Source: an uncultured virus (IMG/VR IMGVR_UViG_2645727884_000004)
Taxonomy: Duplodnaviria; Heunggongvirae; Uroviricota; Caudoviricetes
DNA: 20,000 nucleotides
Strand: one strand, 5' to 3'
Virus record (IMG/VR): IMGVR_UViG_2645727884_000004
Location: 59,196 to 79,195 of that record
Shown here: positions 9,646-18,499 of the stretch, in pieces
Layout: each line of letters begins with the position of its first letter
How positions within the stretch are numbered: position 1 is the first letter of the stretch
Made by a program: the position numbers and the translations under genes
The notes under the pieces: model-generated
The model's input: the letters and a program-made list of their open reading frames with translations, nothing else
Told to the model about the DNA's origin: nothing
The model's database searches: none

Positions 9646-10052
9646 GGCTCGATGCGGTGGAACTGGGCGACCAGTTCGAATGGGTGGACGAGTTCACCTG
9701 GGATGCGGTGGCACAAGAGCAGGAACGCTCCCTGACCGGCGCGCTGCTGGTGCAGGAAGGCACCAAGCTGCATGGCCGCCCGATCACACTGCGCTCCGGG
9801 GGAGGGGTATGGACGCCGCTGTGGGTCGTGCGCCAACTGGAGGTGCTGCGCGACCAGCGCCTGCGGGTCATGCCGCTGGTGCTACCAGACGGCCGCGAAT
9901 TCTCGGTGATCTTCAACCGCGCCGAAGGGACGCCGCTGGAAGCCGAACCGCTGTTCCGCGAGGTCAACCCCGGTCCGGACGCCGACTACCTGGTGACGTT
10001 GCGACTGCTTACCGTAGCGCCGCCCCCGGCGCCGCCCACCCCCGACCCTTGA
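9642..10052 (+). CDS. Putative distal tail (Dit-like) protein
   Basis: 136 aa, ATGA-coupled directly after the tape measure gene; [19 protein letters not shown] and GRPITL motifs recalled from genes at this position. Confidence 0.55.
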   Translation: MRLDAVELGDQFEWVDEFTWDAVAQEQERSLTGALLVQEGTKLHGRPITLRSGGGVWTPLWVVRQLEVLRDQRLRVMPLVLPDGREFSVIFNRAEGTPLEAEPLFREVNPGPDADYLVTLRLLTVAPPPAPPTPDP

Positions 10053-10058
10053 TCCCAC

Positions 10059-10084
10059 ACCCCGCCTCGGCGGGGTTTTCTTTT
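10059..10084 (+). terminator. Intrinsic terminator-like hairpin
   Basis: ACCCCGC-CTCG-GCGGGGT followed by TTTCTTTT. Confidence 0.7.
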
Positions 10085-10100
10085 CTGGCTGGAGTGTTCC

Positions 10101-13100
10101 ATGACGATCACCGTCGATGATGTAAAGCTGCTGAAATCCCAGCGCCTCACCGATGAGGACGACGGCGGCGGCCGTGCCACCGGGCAGGCCGTGGTGGATC
10201 GCGAGATCAACAACCTGTTTCCCGATATCTCGCGCCTGGACCGGACCATCGGCCGGATCAACCTGCGCAAGGCCTTCGCCGGCATCAGCTCGAATAGCGC
10301 CGAGCCGTACCTGGGCGCTCATGCCATCGTCACGCGGGCGCCGGCCGATCCGCGTGTCTCGGTGCTGCTGTTCAACACCGGCAGCCAGACCGATGAGCGC
10401 CGCGACGCGCGCAACGCCATCGAGTCCTTCGTGGTGCCGGCCGTGTCTGCCTCGTTCGAACTGCTGGGCAACCAGTTGCAGGGCCAGCGCGCCATCGCTT
10501 GCGTGCAGCGCGAAGAACAGCGGCTGCCCGAGATTGGCGAGGTCTATCAGTTGGTGTTCGAGTCGCGCTCGCAGTATGTCCGCATCACCGACGTCGAGGC
10601 GCGGCTGGAACAGTTTGCCCACGACTACGGCAACGGCAACTTCGTGAACTTCACCCGGCGCCGGCTGGACCTGTCGATCAGCGCGCCGCTGGGCGCGACC
10701 TTCCCCGGCGGCCAGGTGACGCCAGGCGGCACCACCAGCCCGAAAAGCCAGGTGCTCAGCACCCAGGTCGCCGATGCCGCGCGGTACTACGGCATCAGCC
10801 CCCTGGCCGAGGCTGTCAGCCGCGGCGCGCTGAGCCTGCGGGTCAAGTCGGTCTATTCCCAGCTGGTGCCCAGCACCACCCGAGAGAACGCGCTGGTCGA
10901 CCAACTGGCCGGCTACCAGCGGCGCCTGTTCGCTGCGGCCGGGCCGGCGCGGACGGTCAACCTGAATGTCGCGAACATAGGCAGCGGCAGGTCGCGGACG
11001 TTCCTCGGCACCGGCTGCGCGCCGGGTTCGCTGTCGCTGAGCGCCGGCGGCGGCGTGTTCGCCGACGACCGCAAGGGAGGCCTGCGCTACATCAGCGGTT
11101 CGAACTGGATTGCCAGCGGTACCGTCGACTACGAGAGCGGCGCAATCGAGATGGCGGCCTCCGGCAGCGGCTGGAGCGGGACAGCGAGCGCCACCTACCA
11201 GCCGGCCGCGGCGGCGACCGGCGAAGCGGTGACCGGGGAGATCCCTATCGAACTGGGCAACCGCGGCTTCGTCTACACCCTGTCGCTGTCCGAAGCGCCG
11301 CCCCAGCCGGGCACCCTGGTGGTCTCGTTCCTCGCCCTGGGCAAATGGCAGGAGATCCGCGACCAGGGCAACGGCGAATTGGCCGGGGAAGGCACCGGCA
11401 CGGTGGACTTCGCGACCGGCTCGGTATCCATCACCCTGAGCGCGCTGCCGGACGTGGGGAGTTCGCTGATCTACGCCTACGTCGGGCAGAACGATGCGGC
11501 GCTGACCCAGCGCACCGGCACCAGCGTGCAGGCGCGCGCGCGGATCAACCGGACGTTGCCGCACCAGGGGCTGTTGCCCGGCTCCTACAAGGCGACGTTC
11601 AAGGTCGGCGGGGTAGAGCGCACCGTGCTCGATAGCGGCAACGGCTCGCTCAGCGGTACCGGTGGCAGCGGCCAGATCAACTATGCCGACGGCAAGGTCA
11701 GCATGGAATTGAGCGCCACCCCGGATGCCGGGAGTGGGATCGTGCATACCTACCAGCAGGGCAGCGTGACAGACAGCCCGCTGGCGGTGACCTCCGACAG
11801 CACCGGCATGTGCATCGGCACTCTCCCCGGGGCGCCGCTCAAGGCGGGCAGCGTGCGCCTATCGTGGATCACCAAGCGTCGCCAGGCGGCACCGACCCTC
11901 GGTGCTGACATGGGCACCGGGGCGCTGCCGATCTTCGAATCGGAGATCACCGTGGACAACTCGGTGACCGACGACGCCGCCGGCGGCTGGGCCGGGCGCG
12001 CCGGGACGATCAACTACGAGACCGGCGAATTCAGCCTGAAGGTGGCCGGCAACTACGTGTTCAAGGAGTACACCTACTACACCGACACGGTCGACAACTT
12101 CGGTATGAAGAAGCTGCGCCTGGTGGCCACCGATACCACGTTGCTGGAGGGGTTCGGCGGCACGCTGAGCGTGCGCGCGCAGAGCCGCGGCGTCGAGTAC
12201 GGCGAGCAGACCGATTCGCAGACCGTCGCTCCGGTGACCCTGGACCTGTTGCCTGGTGTGGCCGAGCCGATCCTGCCGGGCTCGCTGGTGTTCACCTGGG
12301 CCGGCGAGGTCTACGTCGACCGCTCCGGTGTGCTCTACAAGAACATCAACAGCAGCACCAACGCCGGCATCGCCGTCGGCTCGGTGGACTACGCCGGCCG
12401 TACCGCGACGCTGAATACCTATGGCTCGGGGGCGGCGCCGACGGTCACGCTGCTGGCCTGTCTGACCACCAACGCCGGCTTCAGCGTCACCAGCATGACC
12501 TTCCGCACGCCGGGGGCGCCGCTGCGTTCTGCGAGCCTGCAGGTGACGGCGGTTCGCCTGGATACCGCGCAGATCGTGACCACCACGGCGGACGCGAACG
12601 GTAAGCTCAATGGCGCGGTGATCAAGGGTAGCGTCGATATCGTGACCGGCATCGTCCGGCTGCGCTTCACCAGCAATCTGGAGGACACCACTGGGGCCAG
12701 CGATATCCCGGTGATTCCGCTGCTGCTGCGCTACAACGCGGTCGTCTTCACCTCGCTGCCGCTGGACGCCACCCTGCTGGGCCTGGACCCGGTGCGACTG
12801 CCGGCGGACGGGCGGGTGCCAGTGTTCCGCGAGGGTGACGTGATGGTGGTTGCCCATACCGCCGAGACCACGGTGCCGAGTCCTCAAGCTGGCGGCGTGC
12901 TGCAGCTCGGCCGCGACCAGCAGGCCGAGATCAAGGTGGTGGACGCCAACGCGGTGGAACTGGCCTCGGCGGGCTACAGCGTCGACCTGGAACGCGGCCG
13001 GGTGACATGGGCCAACCCGCTGGTCCTGCAGGATGCCGAGGGCAACCCGCTGACCCTGCCGCTAGTGGTGCGTGACCGGGTTGAGCACATGACCCTCTGC

Positions 13101-13652
13101 ACCGAGGTCCAAGTGAACGGCGAGCTGGGAATCTCCTCGCCGCTGCCCTGGGATCTGCCGGCGGGCGAAACGCTGGCGTCCAGTGCGCTGAGCTGGGGCG
13201 ACCTGCAGGCGCGGCTGCACCACTGGTTCACCCAGCGGACCTGGGATATCGGCTCGCCGAACTGGACCGACGAGCCCAAGGGCGATGGGACCACCGCCAA
13301 CTACAACAGCCTCGCCTATCCACCGCTGATCGCCAACCGCGGTGCGATCGATGCGAAGTGGGCGCTGGTGTTCAACTCCTCGACCAGTTTCAGCGTGGTG
13401 GAGGAGAAGCTGGGGGTCATCGCCAACGGCACTACCACCACCGACACGGCGCCGATCAACCCGGAGACGAACACGCCGTACTTCACCATCCGCAAGGAAG
13501 GCTGGGGCAGTGGCTGGGCGGCCGGCAACGCGGTGCGCTTCAACACCGACTCGTGTCTGGGGCCGATGTGGATCGTGCGGACGGTACTCAGCGGCAAGGG
13601 CACCGTCGAGGACGATGAATTCCACCTGCAGATCAGAGGAGACGCGGACTGA
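10101..13652 (+). CDS. Large virion tail-tip/baseplate protein with tandem beta-rich repeat domains
   Basis: 1183 aa, Gly/Thr/Ser-rich; SD GGAG; 6-7 copies of a G[TS][VI][DN]Yx[TS]G-like motif; lies in the tail-tip region. Confidence 0.7.
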   Translation: MTITVDDVKLLKSQRLTDEDDGGGRATGQAVVDREINNLFPDISRLDRTIGRINLRKAFAGISSNSAEPYLGAHAIVTRAPADPRVSVLLFNTGSQTDERRDARNAIESFVVPAVSASFELLGNQLQGQRAIACVQREEQRLPEIGEVYQLVFESRSQYVRITDVEARLEQFAHDYGNGNFVNFTRRRLDLSISAPLGATFPGGQVTPGGTTSPKSQVLSTQVADAARYYGISPLAEAVSRGALSLRVKSVYSQLVPSTTRENALVDQLAGYQRRLFAAAGPARTVNLNVANIGSGRSRTFLGTGCAPGSLSLSAGGGVFADDRKGGLRYISGSNWIASGTVDYESGAIEMAASGSGWSGTASATYQPAAAATGEAVTGEIPIELGNRGFVYTLSLSEAPPQPGTLVVSFLALGKWQEIRDQGNGELAGEGTGTVDFATGSVSITLSALPDVGSSLIYAYVGQNDAALTQRTGTSVQARARINRTLPHQGLLPGSYKATFKVGGVERTVLDSGNGSLSGTGGSGQINYADGKVSMELSATPDAGSGIVHTYQQGSVTDSPLAVTSDSTGMCIGTLPGAPLKAGSVRLSWITKRRQAAPTLGADMGTGALPIFESEITVDNSVTDDAAGGWAGRAGTINYETGEFSLKVAGNYVFKEYTYYTDTVDNFGMKKLRLVATDTTLLEGFGGTLSVRAQSRGVEYGEQTDSQTVAPVTLDLLPGVAEPILPGSLVFTWAGEVYVDRSGVLYKNINSSTNAGIAVGSVDYAGRTATLNTYGSGAAPTVTLLACLTTNAGFSVTSMTFRTPGAPLRSASLQVTAVRLDTAQIVTTTADANGKLNGAVIKGSVDIVTGIVRLRFTSNLEDTTGASDIPVIPLLLRYNAVVFTSLPLDATLLGLDPVRLPADGRVPVFREGDVMVVAHTAETTVPSPQAGGVLQLGRDQQAEIKVVDANAVELASAGYSVDLERGRVTWANPLVLQDAEGNPLTLPLVVRDRVEHMTLCTEVQVNGELGISSPLPWDLPAGETLASSALSWGDLQARLHHWFTQRTWDIGSPNWTDEPKGDGTTANYNSLAYPPLIANRGAIDAKWALVFNSSTSFSVVEEKLGVIANGTTTTDTAPINPETNTPYFTIRKEGWGSGWAAGNAVRFNTDSCLGPMWIVRTVLSGKGTVEDDEFHLQIRGDAD

Positions 13653-14659
13653 TGACCGCTCGACAGTACAGCTATCGGGACGCCGGCGCACCGCCGGCGC
13701 TCTTCCCGTCGGCGGTGACGCCGTTCCAGAAGCTCAAGAGCTACCTGCGCGCGGCGCTGGTCGATGGCTACGGCAACAAGCCACCGGCAGGGTGGACCGT
13801 GGTAAGCGAGTTCGACACTGCCATCACCCTGGCTCCGGCGTCCAACTGTGCACAGATCACGTTCTGCCAGCACTTGCCAAGTAGTAGCGGTAGCAGCTAC
13901 CGGGACTTCGTCGGGATCTTTGTACATGAGGGCATGCTGGATATCAGCACTCCGCTTCCAAAGGGGGTCAACACGCGATCACGTACGTGGTCGGCGGATA
14001 CCAACCCCACCAGCAATGATGCCCATATCCTCTATCTGGGCTACATGTACTGGAACTACGCCACCTATTGGCAGATCTGCGCGGATGCCGAGACGTTTGT
14101 CTTTTGCATGCTGGCGGATAGGGGCTATGAGAATACGAGCGAGGACTACAGCCTCGGCCTCTATGTCGGGCAGTACGAGAGCTTTAGTGGCGCCTCTGGC
14201 GTCCAGGGATTCATCGCCGTCGGTGGCGCCCAGGGGTATCAGAGTTCAGCCAGCCGAAGTACCAACCGGTCCTTTGGGAGTGGGTTCAGTTCACTGCGTG
14301 ACCAGCGCTCGGGGGAGATCATCCAGGGTGGCGGCGCCGCCCTGGGGGCGCTGATGGACCAGATGCAGTACCAGAGCATGTACTACGACAGGCCAGAGGG
14401 AGAGAATCCGCCCTATTGGCGTATGCAGCAGCCCTATGTGGCGAACGGCGCGAACTACGTCGGCCTCCTGAAGGGTGTGTGTTTCGACCCGATCCTGGGC
14501 CACTACCGGCATGGGCACCTGCTGGATCGGCTCGGCCTGCCCCTGGCCGCAACCTCGGTGGCGGAGGCGGTGCAGATGGATGGCAAGACCTATTACGTGG
14601 ATATGGACCGTTGGGGGCTCTGGTTCCTGTCTGTCGATCCGGCGTGGTGGCCAGCATGA
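13652..14659 (+). CDS. Putative tail fibre / receptor-binding structural protein
   Basis: 335 aa, TGATG-coupled; N-terminal DAGAP...LRAALVDGYGNKPPAGW motif recalled from phage virion proteins; aromatic-rich, lower-GC middle. Confidence 0.5.
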   Translation: MTARQYSYRDAGAPPALFPSAVTPFQKLKSYLRAALVDGYGNKPPAGWTVVSEFDTAITLAPASNCAQITFCQHLPSSSGSSYRDFVGIFVHEGMLDISTPLPKGVNTRSRTWSADTNPTSNDAHILYLGYMYWNYATYWQICADAETFVFCMLADRGYENTSEDYSLGLYVGQYESFSGASGVQGFIAVGGAQGYQSSASRSTNRSFGSGFSSLRDQRSGEIIQGGGAALGALMDQMQYQSMYYDRPEGENPPYWRMQQPYVANGANYVGLLKGVCFDPILGHYRHGHLLDRLGLPLAATSVAEAVQMDGKTYYVDMDRWGLWFLSVDPAWWPA

Positions 14660-15516
14660 GCGGGCTGATGCTGCAGGTGGTGCCGCCGGTACAGGTCAGG
14701 CCCGGCACCTGGCTGCAGCGCTTCGGCATTGGGCCGAAGTCGCTGCGCCCGCCTGTGGAGGTTGCCTGGTCGGGGGCCAGGCAGGCGATCTACCAGACCC
14801 TCGCCGTGAAGGTCACCCGTGAAGGGGAGGAGACCTCGGCGCGCAAGATCGCCACGCTGTATCGCGGGGCGGTTGTCACCGCGACTGCAATGACGGCGTC
14901 TTTCCAGGTCTACGAGGGCGAGACGGTGCAGCGCTTCGAGGCATCGGGCCTGCGCGGACAGTTCGTGATCCAGGTCACCGACGAAGGCGACCCGCGCCTG
15001 GGGATCATTCGCTGGCCGGTCCTCGATGCCGATACGCGCCTGCTGTCCTATGACCTGACCGAAGGCTCGGGCGGTCGAGATCCGACCGACCCAGCGAAGG
15101 TGCGGGCGGTCGTCACGGTCGACGGCGGTGCTGCGGCGCGCCAGGTGGTGGTCATCGAGCGCAAGCTCGATGGCGAATGGCGGGTGGCCGGCGTGGGGCA
15201 GACGGCCGAGTCCGGGCGTGCCGAGATCGCCCTGGAGGTGACGGCCGGCGGGACCACTTACGCGATGGGGCTGGATGACTGGGGCGCGGTGTTCGAGCCG
15301 CGTCTCGCCGTCAGCCTGGGCCAGCGCGTGCGTCCGACGATCTTTTCTGGCTGGCTCTACGAGGTGACCGAGGCCGGGGTACTGCCGGCGGCTGAGCCGG
15401 AGTGGTGGCCGATCGAGGGCGACAACCCCAGCCGCCAGGTCGGCACGGCCCGTCTGCAGGCGACGCGATACTACCGCCCGCTCAGCCACGGGCCCTTTCC
15501 TGTCGAGGCTCTATGA
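14656..15516 (+). CDS. Hypothetical tail-associated protein (286 aa)
   Basis: Likely start is ATG 14656, overlapping the previous stop (ATGA); high GC3 codon usage; aromatic C-terminal module. Confidence 0.65.
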   Translation: MSGLMLQVVPPVQVRPGTWLQRFGIGPKSLRPPVEVAWSGARQAIYQTLAVKVTREGEETSARKIATLYRGAVVTATAMTASFQVYEGETVQRFEASGLRGQFVIQVTDEGDPRLGIIRWPVLDADTRLLSYDLTEGSGGRDPTDPAKVRAVVTVDGGAAARQVVVIERKLDGEWRVAGVGQTAESGRAEIALEVTAGGTTYAMGLDDWGAVFEPRLAVSLGQRVRPTIFSGWLYEVTEAGVLPAAEPEWWPIEGDNPSRQVGTARLQATRYYRPLSHGPFPVEAL

Positions 15517-17273
15517 TCAATGCGAGTTTCGGCGCCCCCTGGCAGAGGGCGGCGCCGCTTTCCGTGCGCGCCGTCCCGCTGCGCTGGCAGCGCCTGGTGC
15601 TTGCCGATGCGCGTAGCGCCGGGCTGCGGGGCTCCGGCCGGCCCCTGGCACGGCGTTGCGCCAGTGGCTGGTCCGGTGTACCGGTGCGTGATGCGGGCTG
15701 GGGGAGTGGCTGGGAGCACGCCGAGCAGCGCAACGCGGCAGCCCGCAGCGCTTGGGACAGTACCCGGGTGCTGGACGTGGAGAGAGAGCTAGGCTGGGAT
15801 CGGACGCTGCGCCCGCGTGATCGGCGCCTGTCGCTGATCTACAACCCGCGCCCGTCGCCCAAGGACGCCGGCCGTCCACCCGGCTGGCGGCGCTCGGCCG
15901 AGTTCGACCGCTTCCGCGATGCGCTCTCGGAGAGGCGTGCCAGTCTCTACATCCCGACCGGCCTGCTCGACTTCAATTTCGGCCCGACCCGCTACACCCC
16001 GGCGAACACGCCCGACGTGTTTTTCGATTTCCGCTACGTGGCGCCGGTCCGTGGTATCCGGCCGGTGGACGCCGGGGCGCGCAGCAGCTACGGCAGTCCG
16101 ACCCGCTTCGATGCGTTGCGGCGGATTCCCTGGGCATGGGGGCGGCCGACCGATCCGGTGCCGACGGGCATTGTCTACCCCGACTATCCGGGGCCGGTGG
16201 TACCGATAGATCCACCCACCGAGCCCGAGATACTGGAGACCTACATGATAGGAAACACGGTCACCCTGGTGGTGCTGCCGAGTCGCACGCCGCTGGATGC
16301 GACCAGCATTCGCATCGGCCTGGATATCGACTCGTTCGCCTGGTCGTTCTCGGCTGACCTGTTCGGTCGTACCTCGCTGGACCTGGCGGCGCCGGATGCC
16401 AACGGGCCGAAGACGGTAGAGCTGGAGATCAACGGCTGGACCTGGCGGTTTCTGGTCGAGCGTTACAGCGGCAGCGGCAAGCATCCGAGCGAGCGCTACA
16501 CCATCAGCGGCGCGAGCCGCACCCAACTGCTGGACGCGCCCTATGCGCCGAAGCGCAGCGCGGTGAACACGGCGCCGCTGAACGCACGTCAGGTTGTCGA
16601 CGACCAGTTGCAGTACACCGGCTTTTCAGTGTCCTGGGACGTCGAGAACATGGGGCCGCCGGACTGGACGCTGCCGGCCGGCGCCTTCAGCTACCAGGAC
16701 CAGACGCCGATGCAGGTCATCGTCAAGCTGGCCGAGGTCGCCGGCGGCATCGTCCGGCCGGGCCTGATGGACGACTCGGTGACGATCCTGCCGCGGTATC
16801 GTGAGGCGACCTGGTACTGGGACACCGCGATTCCCGACCGGATCATCCCGGCCGCCATCGTCGCCGAGTGGGGCAGCGAGTGGAGTCCCCAGCCGGCATG
16901 GAATTTCGTCTACGTCAGCGGTACCAGCTACGGCGTCAGCGTGCAGGTGCGGCGCGCCGGTACCGCCGGCGAGGAGTCGGCGCCCGACGTCATGGAGGAC
17001 TGGATGACCGGCACCGAGGTGGCGCGCTCGCGTGGGATCTGCGAGCTGTCGAAGGGCGGTAACCAGGCGATCGAGACGCGCCGTATCCCGCTGTTCCAGA
17101 AGGATGACGGGGTACCGGGCCTGGTGCAGCCGGGAATGCTGGTCGAGGTGAGGGACGAACAGGTTACGTGGCGTGGTCTCTGCCTGGCCACCGATATCTC
17201 GGCTGAGGGAGTAGGGGCTAGCCGCGTTTGGCAGACCCTGCGCATCGAGCGCCACTACCCGGGAGGCTCCTGA
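15513..17273 (+). CDS. Putative tail hub/Tal-like protein with N-terminal Trp-repeat region (586 aa)
   Basis: ATG 15513 overlaps the previous stop (ATGA); C-terminal half (SFAWSFSADL, YTISGASRTQLL, PGLVQPGMLVEV) has a hub-like layout; function inferred from position. Confidence 0.5.
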   Translation: MINASFGAPWQRAAPLSVRAVPLRWQRLVLADARSAGLRGSGRPLARRCASGWSGVPVRDAGWGSGWEHAEQRNAAARSAWDSTRVLDVERELGWDRTLRPRDRRLSLIYNPRPSPKDAGRPPGWRRSAEFDRFRDALSERRASLYIPTGLLDFNFGPTRYTPANTPDVFFDFRYVAPVRGIRPVDAGARSSYGSPTRFDALRRIPWAWGRPTDPVPTGIVYPDYPGPVVPIDPPTEPEILETYMIGNTVTLVVLPSRTPLDATSIRIGLDIDSFAWSFSADLFGRTSLDLAAPDANGPKTVELEINGWTWRFLVERYSGSGKHPSERYTISGASRTQLLDAPYAPKRSAVNTAPLNARQVVDDQLQYTGFSVSWDVENMGPPDWTLPAGAFSYQDQTPMQVIVKLAEVAGGIVRPGLMDDSVTILPRYREATWYWDTAIPDRIIPAAIVAEWGSEWSPQPAWNFVYVSGTSYGVSVQVRRAGTAGEESAPDVMEDWMTGTEVARSRGICELSKGGNQAIETRRIPLFQKDDGVPGLVQPGMLVEVRDEQVTWRGLCLATDISAEGVGASRVWQTLRIERHYPGGS

Positions 17274-17509
17274 TGGCGACGGTCAACCCCTGGCGTCGGT
17301 TCATCGGGCTCTTACCGGGCGGCGCGCGCACGGTGGGGGAGGTGATCGACGTCGACGAGGGCGCCGGCACCTGCCGCGTCCGCCTGCGAAACAACGTCGT
17401 GATCGCGGCTCGGGGCACGGCGGTGCCGGCCGGGCAGATGGCGTTCATCAGCGATGGCCTGGTGACCGGGCCGGCGCCGCAGCTCCCCCAGTTCGATATC
17501 GAGGTCTGA
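17273..17509 (+). CDS. Small tail-tip protein, possible OB-fold (78 aa)
   Basis: SD GGAGG, TGATG coupling; MATVNPWRRFIGLLPGGARTVGEVIDVDEGAGTCRVRL..., a beta-rich pattern like spike OB domains. Confidence 0.6.
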   Translation: MATVNPWRRFIGLLPGGARTVGEVIDVDEGAGTCRVRLRNNVVIAARGTAVPAGQMAFISDGLVTGPAPQLPQFDIEV

Positions 17510-17535
17510 GCCGGCCGGCTCCAGGCCTTCAACCC

Positions 17536-17560
17536 AAGCCCGCCACCTAGCGGGCTTTTT
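17536..17560 (+). terminator. Intrinsic terminator before the lysis genes
   Basis: AAGCCCGC-CACCTA-GCGGGCTT followed by TTT. Confidence 0.75.
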
Positions 17561-17582
17561 CATGCCCGGAGGAAATGAAATT

Positions 17583-17996
17583 ATGGGCCAAGAGTGTGAT
17601 GTAGATGTACTGGCGCGGACGCTGTGGGGTGAGGCGCGCGGCGAAGGCGCTGCCGGCATGGTGGCGGTGGGCTGGACCATCAGGAATCGGGCCGCCCAGC
17701 CAGGCTGGTGGGGGCGGGATATCCAGACCGTCTGCCAGAAGCCCTACCAGTTCAGTTGCTGGAACAGGGACGATCCCAATTTCCCCTACCTGAGCGGTGC
17801 CAAGCAGATTCCGGCGGCGCAGTACCTGCAGGCGCGCGAGGCGGCGCTGGTGGTGCTGGCGGGCAAGCAGCCGGATCCCACCGGCGGCGCTACCCATTAC
17901 TACTCCACCAGCATGTCGAAGCCGCCGGCCTGGGCTGCGTTGGCCAGGCGCACAGTGAAGATCGGCCGGCACATTTTCTTCCGCGACGTGCCGTAG
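17583..17996 (+). CDS. Endolysin, cell wall hydrolase SleB/Hydrolase_2 family
   Basis: LARTLWGEARGEG..GMVAVGWTIRNR, YQFSCWN, DPTGGATHYY and IGRHIFF motifs; SD GGAGG at 17568-17572 favours ATG 17583. Confidence 0.88.
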   Translation: MGQECDVDVLARTLWGEARGEGAAGMVAVGWTIRNRAAQPGWWGRDIQTVCQKPYQFSCWNRDDPNFPYLSGAKQIPAAQYLQAREAALVVLAGKQPDPTGGATHYYSTSMSKPPAWAALARRTVKIGRHIFFRDVP

Positions 17997-18004
17997 GGGG
18001 AGCT

Positions 18005-18499
18005 ATGGGAGCGCTTCTATCCAAGGCCTGGTTGCAGGCCTGCGCCGCTGTCCTGCTGATCGCGTTAGGCTCCGGGCTCGTCTGGTGGGGGCTGGCCCCG
18101 CGCATCGATCTCCAGACCCAGCGCGCTGATGCTGCGGAAAAGGCCGCCGGTGAGGCCCAGCAACTGGTCAGCCTGCAGGCCGGCGTGCTGGCTGAGCAGC
18201 AGCGCCAGATCGGTCAGATCACCGAGATCGACCAGCGCATGCGAGCGCTGGCTCAGGCCGTTTCCACCAATGCCAGGGTCCAGGGCACGGCCCTTGAGGA
18301 GTTACGCCGCAATGACCAGGCTGTCGATGAGTATCTGCGCGGGCTTGTGCCTGCTGGCCTTGGCCGGCTGTACGAACGGCCCGAGACCACCGACCCAGGC
18401 GCCTACCGCGGGCCGACAGTTCTGCCCGCTGGTGCCGTGCGTCCTACCGGCACGGCCGGCGGTGCTGGTGAACGATCAGTGGCGGCAGGCCCTGGATGA
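18005..18499 (+). CDS. Rz-like inner-membrane spanin (LysB-type)
   Basis: SD GGGGAG before ATG 18005; N-terminal transmembrane segment (AAVLLIALGSGLVWWGL) followed by a coiled coil; directly follows the endolysin. Confidence 0.82.
   Translation: MGALLSKAWLQACAAVLLIALGSGLVWWGLAPRIDLQTQRADAAEKAAGEAQQLVSLQAGVLAEQQRQIGQITEIDQRMRALAQAVSTNARVQGTALEELRRNDQAVDEYLRGLVPAGLGRLYERPETTDPGAYRGPTVLPAGAVRPTGTAGGAGERSVAAGPG

Noticed and set aside
16235..16247. Internal GGAG-N6-ATG after the Pro-rich linker of the 586-aa protein (possible second start)
   Set aside because: GGAG arises readily from Leu-Glu codons (CTG GAG); no independent support.
10101..17509. Diversity-generating retroelement, shufflon or invertible tail-fibre system; CRISPR array; tRNA
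   Set aside because: No reverse transcriptase, invertase, TR/VR-like duplicated segment, regular repeat-spacer array or cloverleaf was seen by eye.
17508..17521. Perfect palindrome GAGCCGGCCGGCTC after the last tail gene
   Set aside because: Single GC-rich palindrome with no second copy seen; plausible by chance at this GC content.
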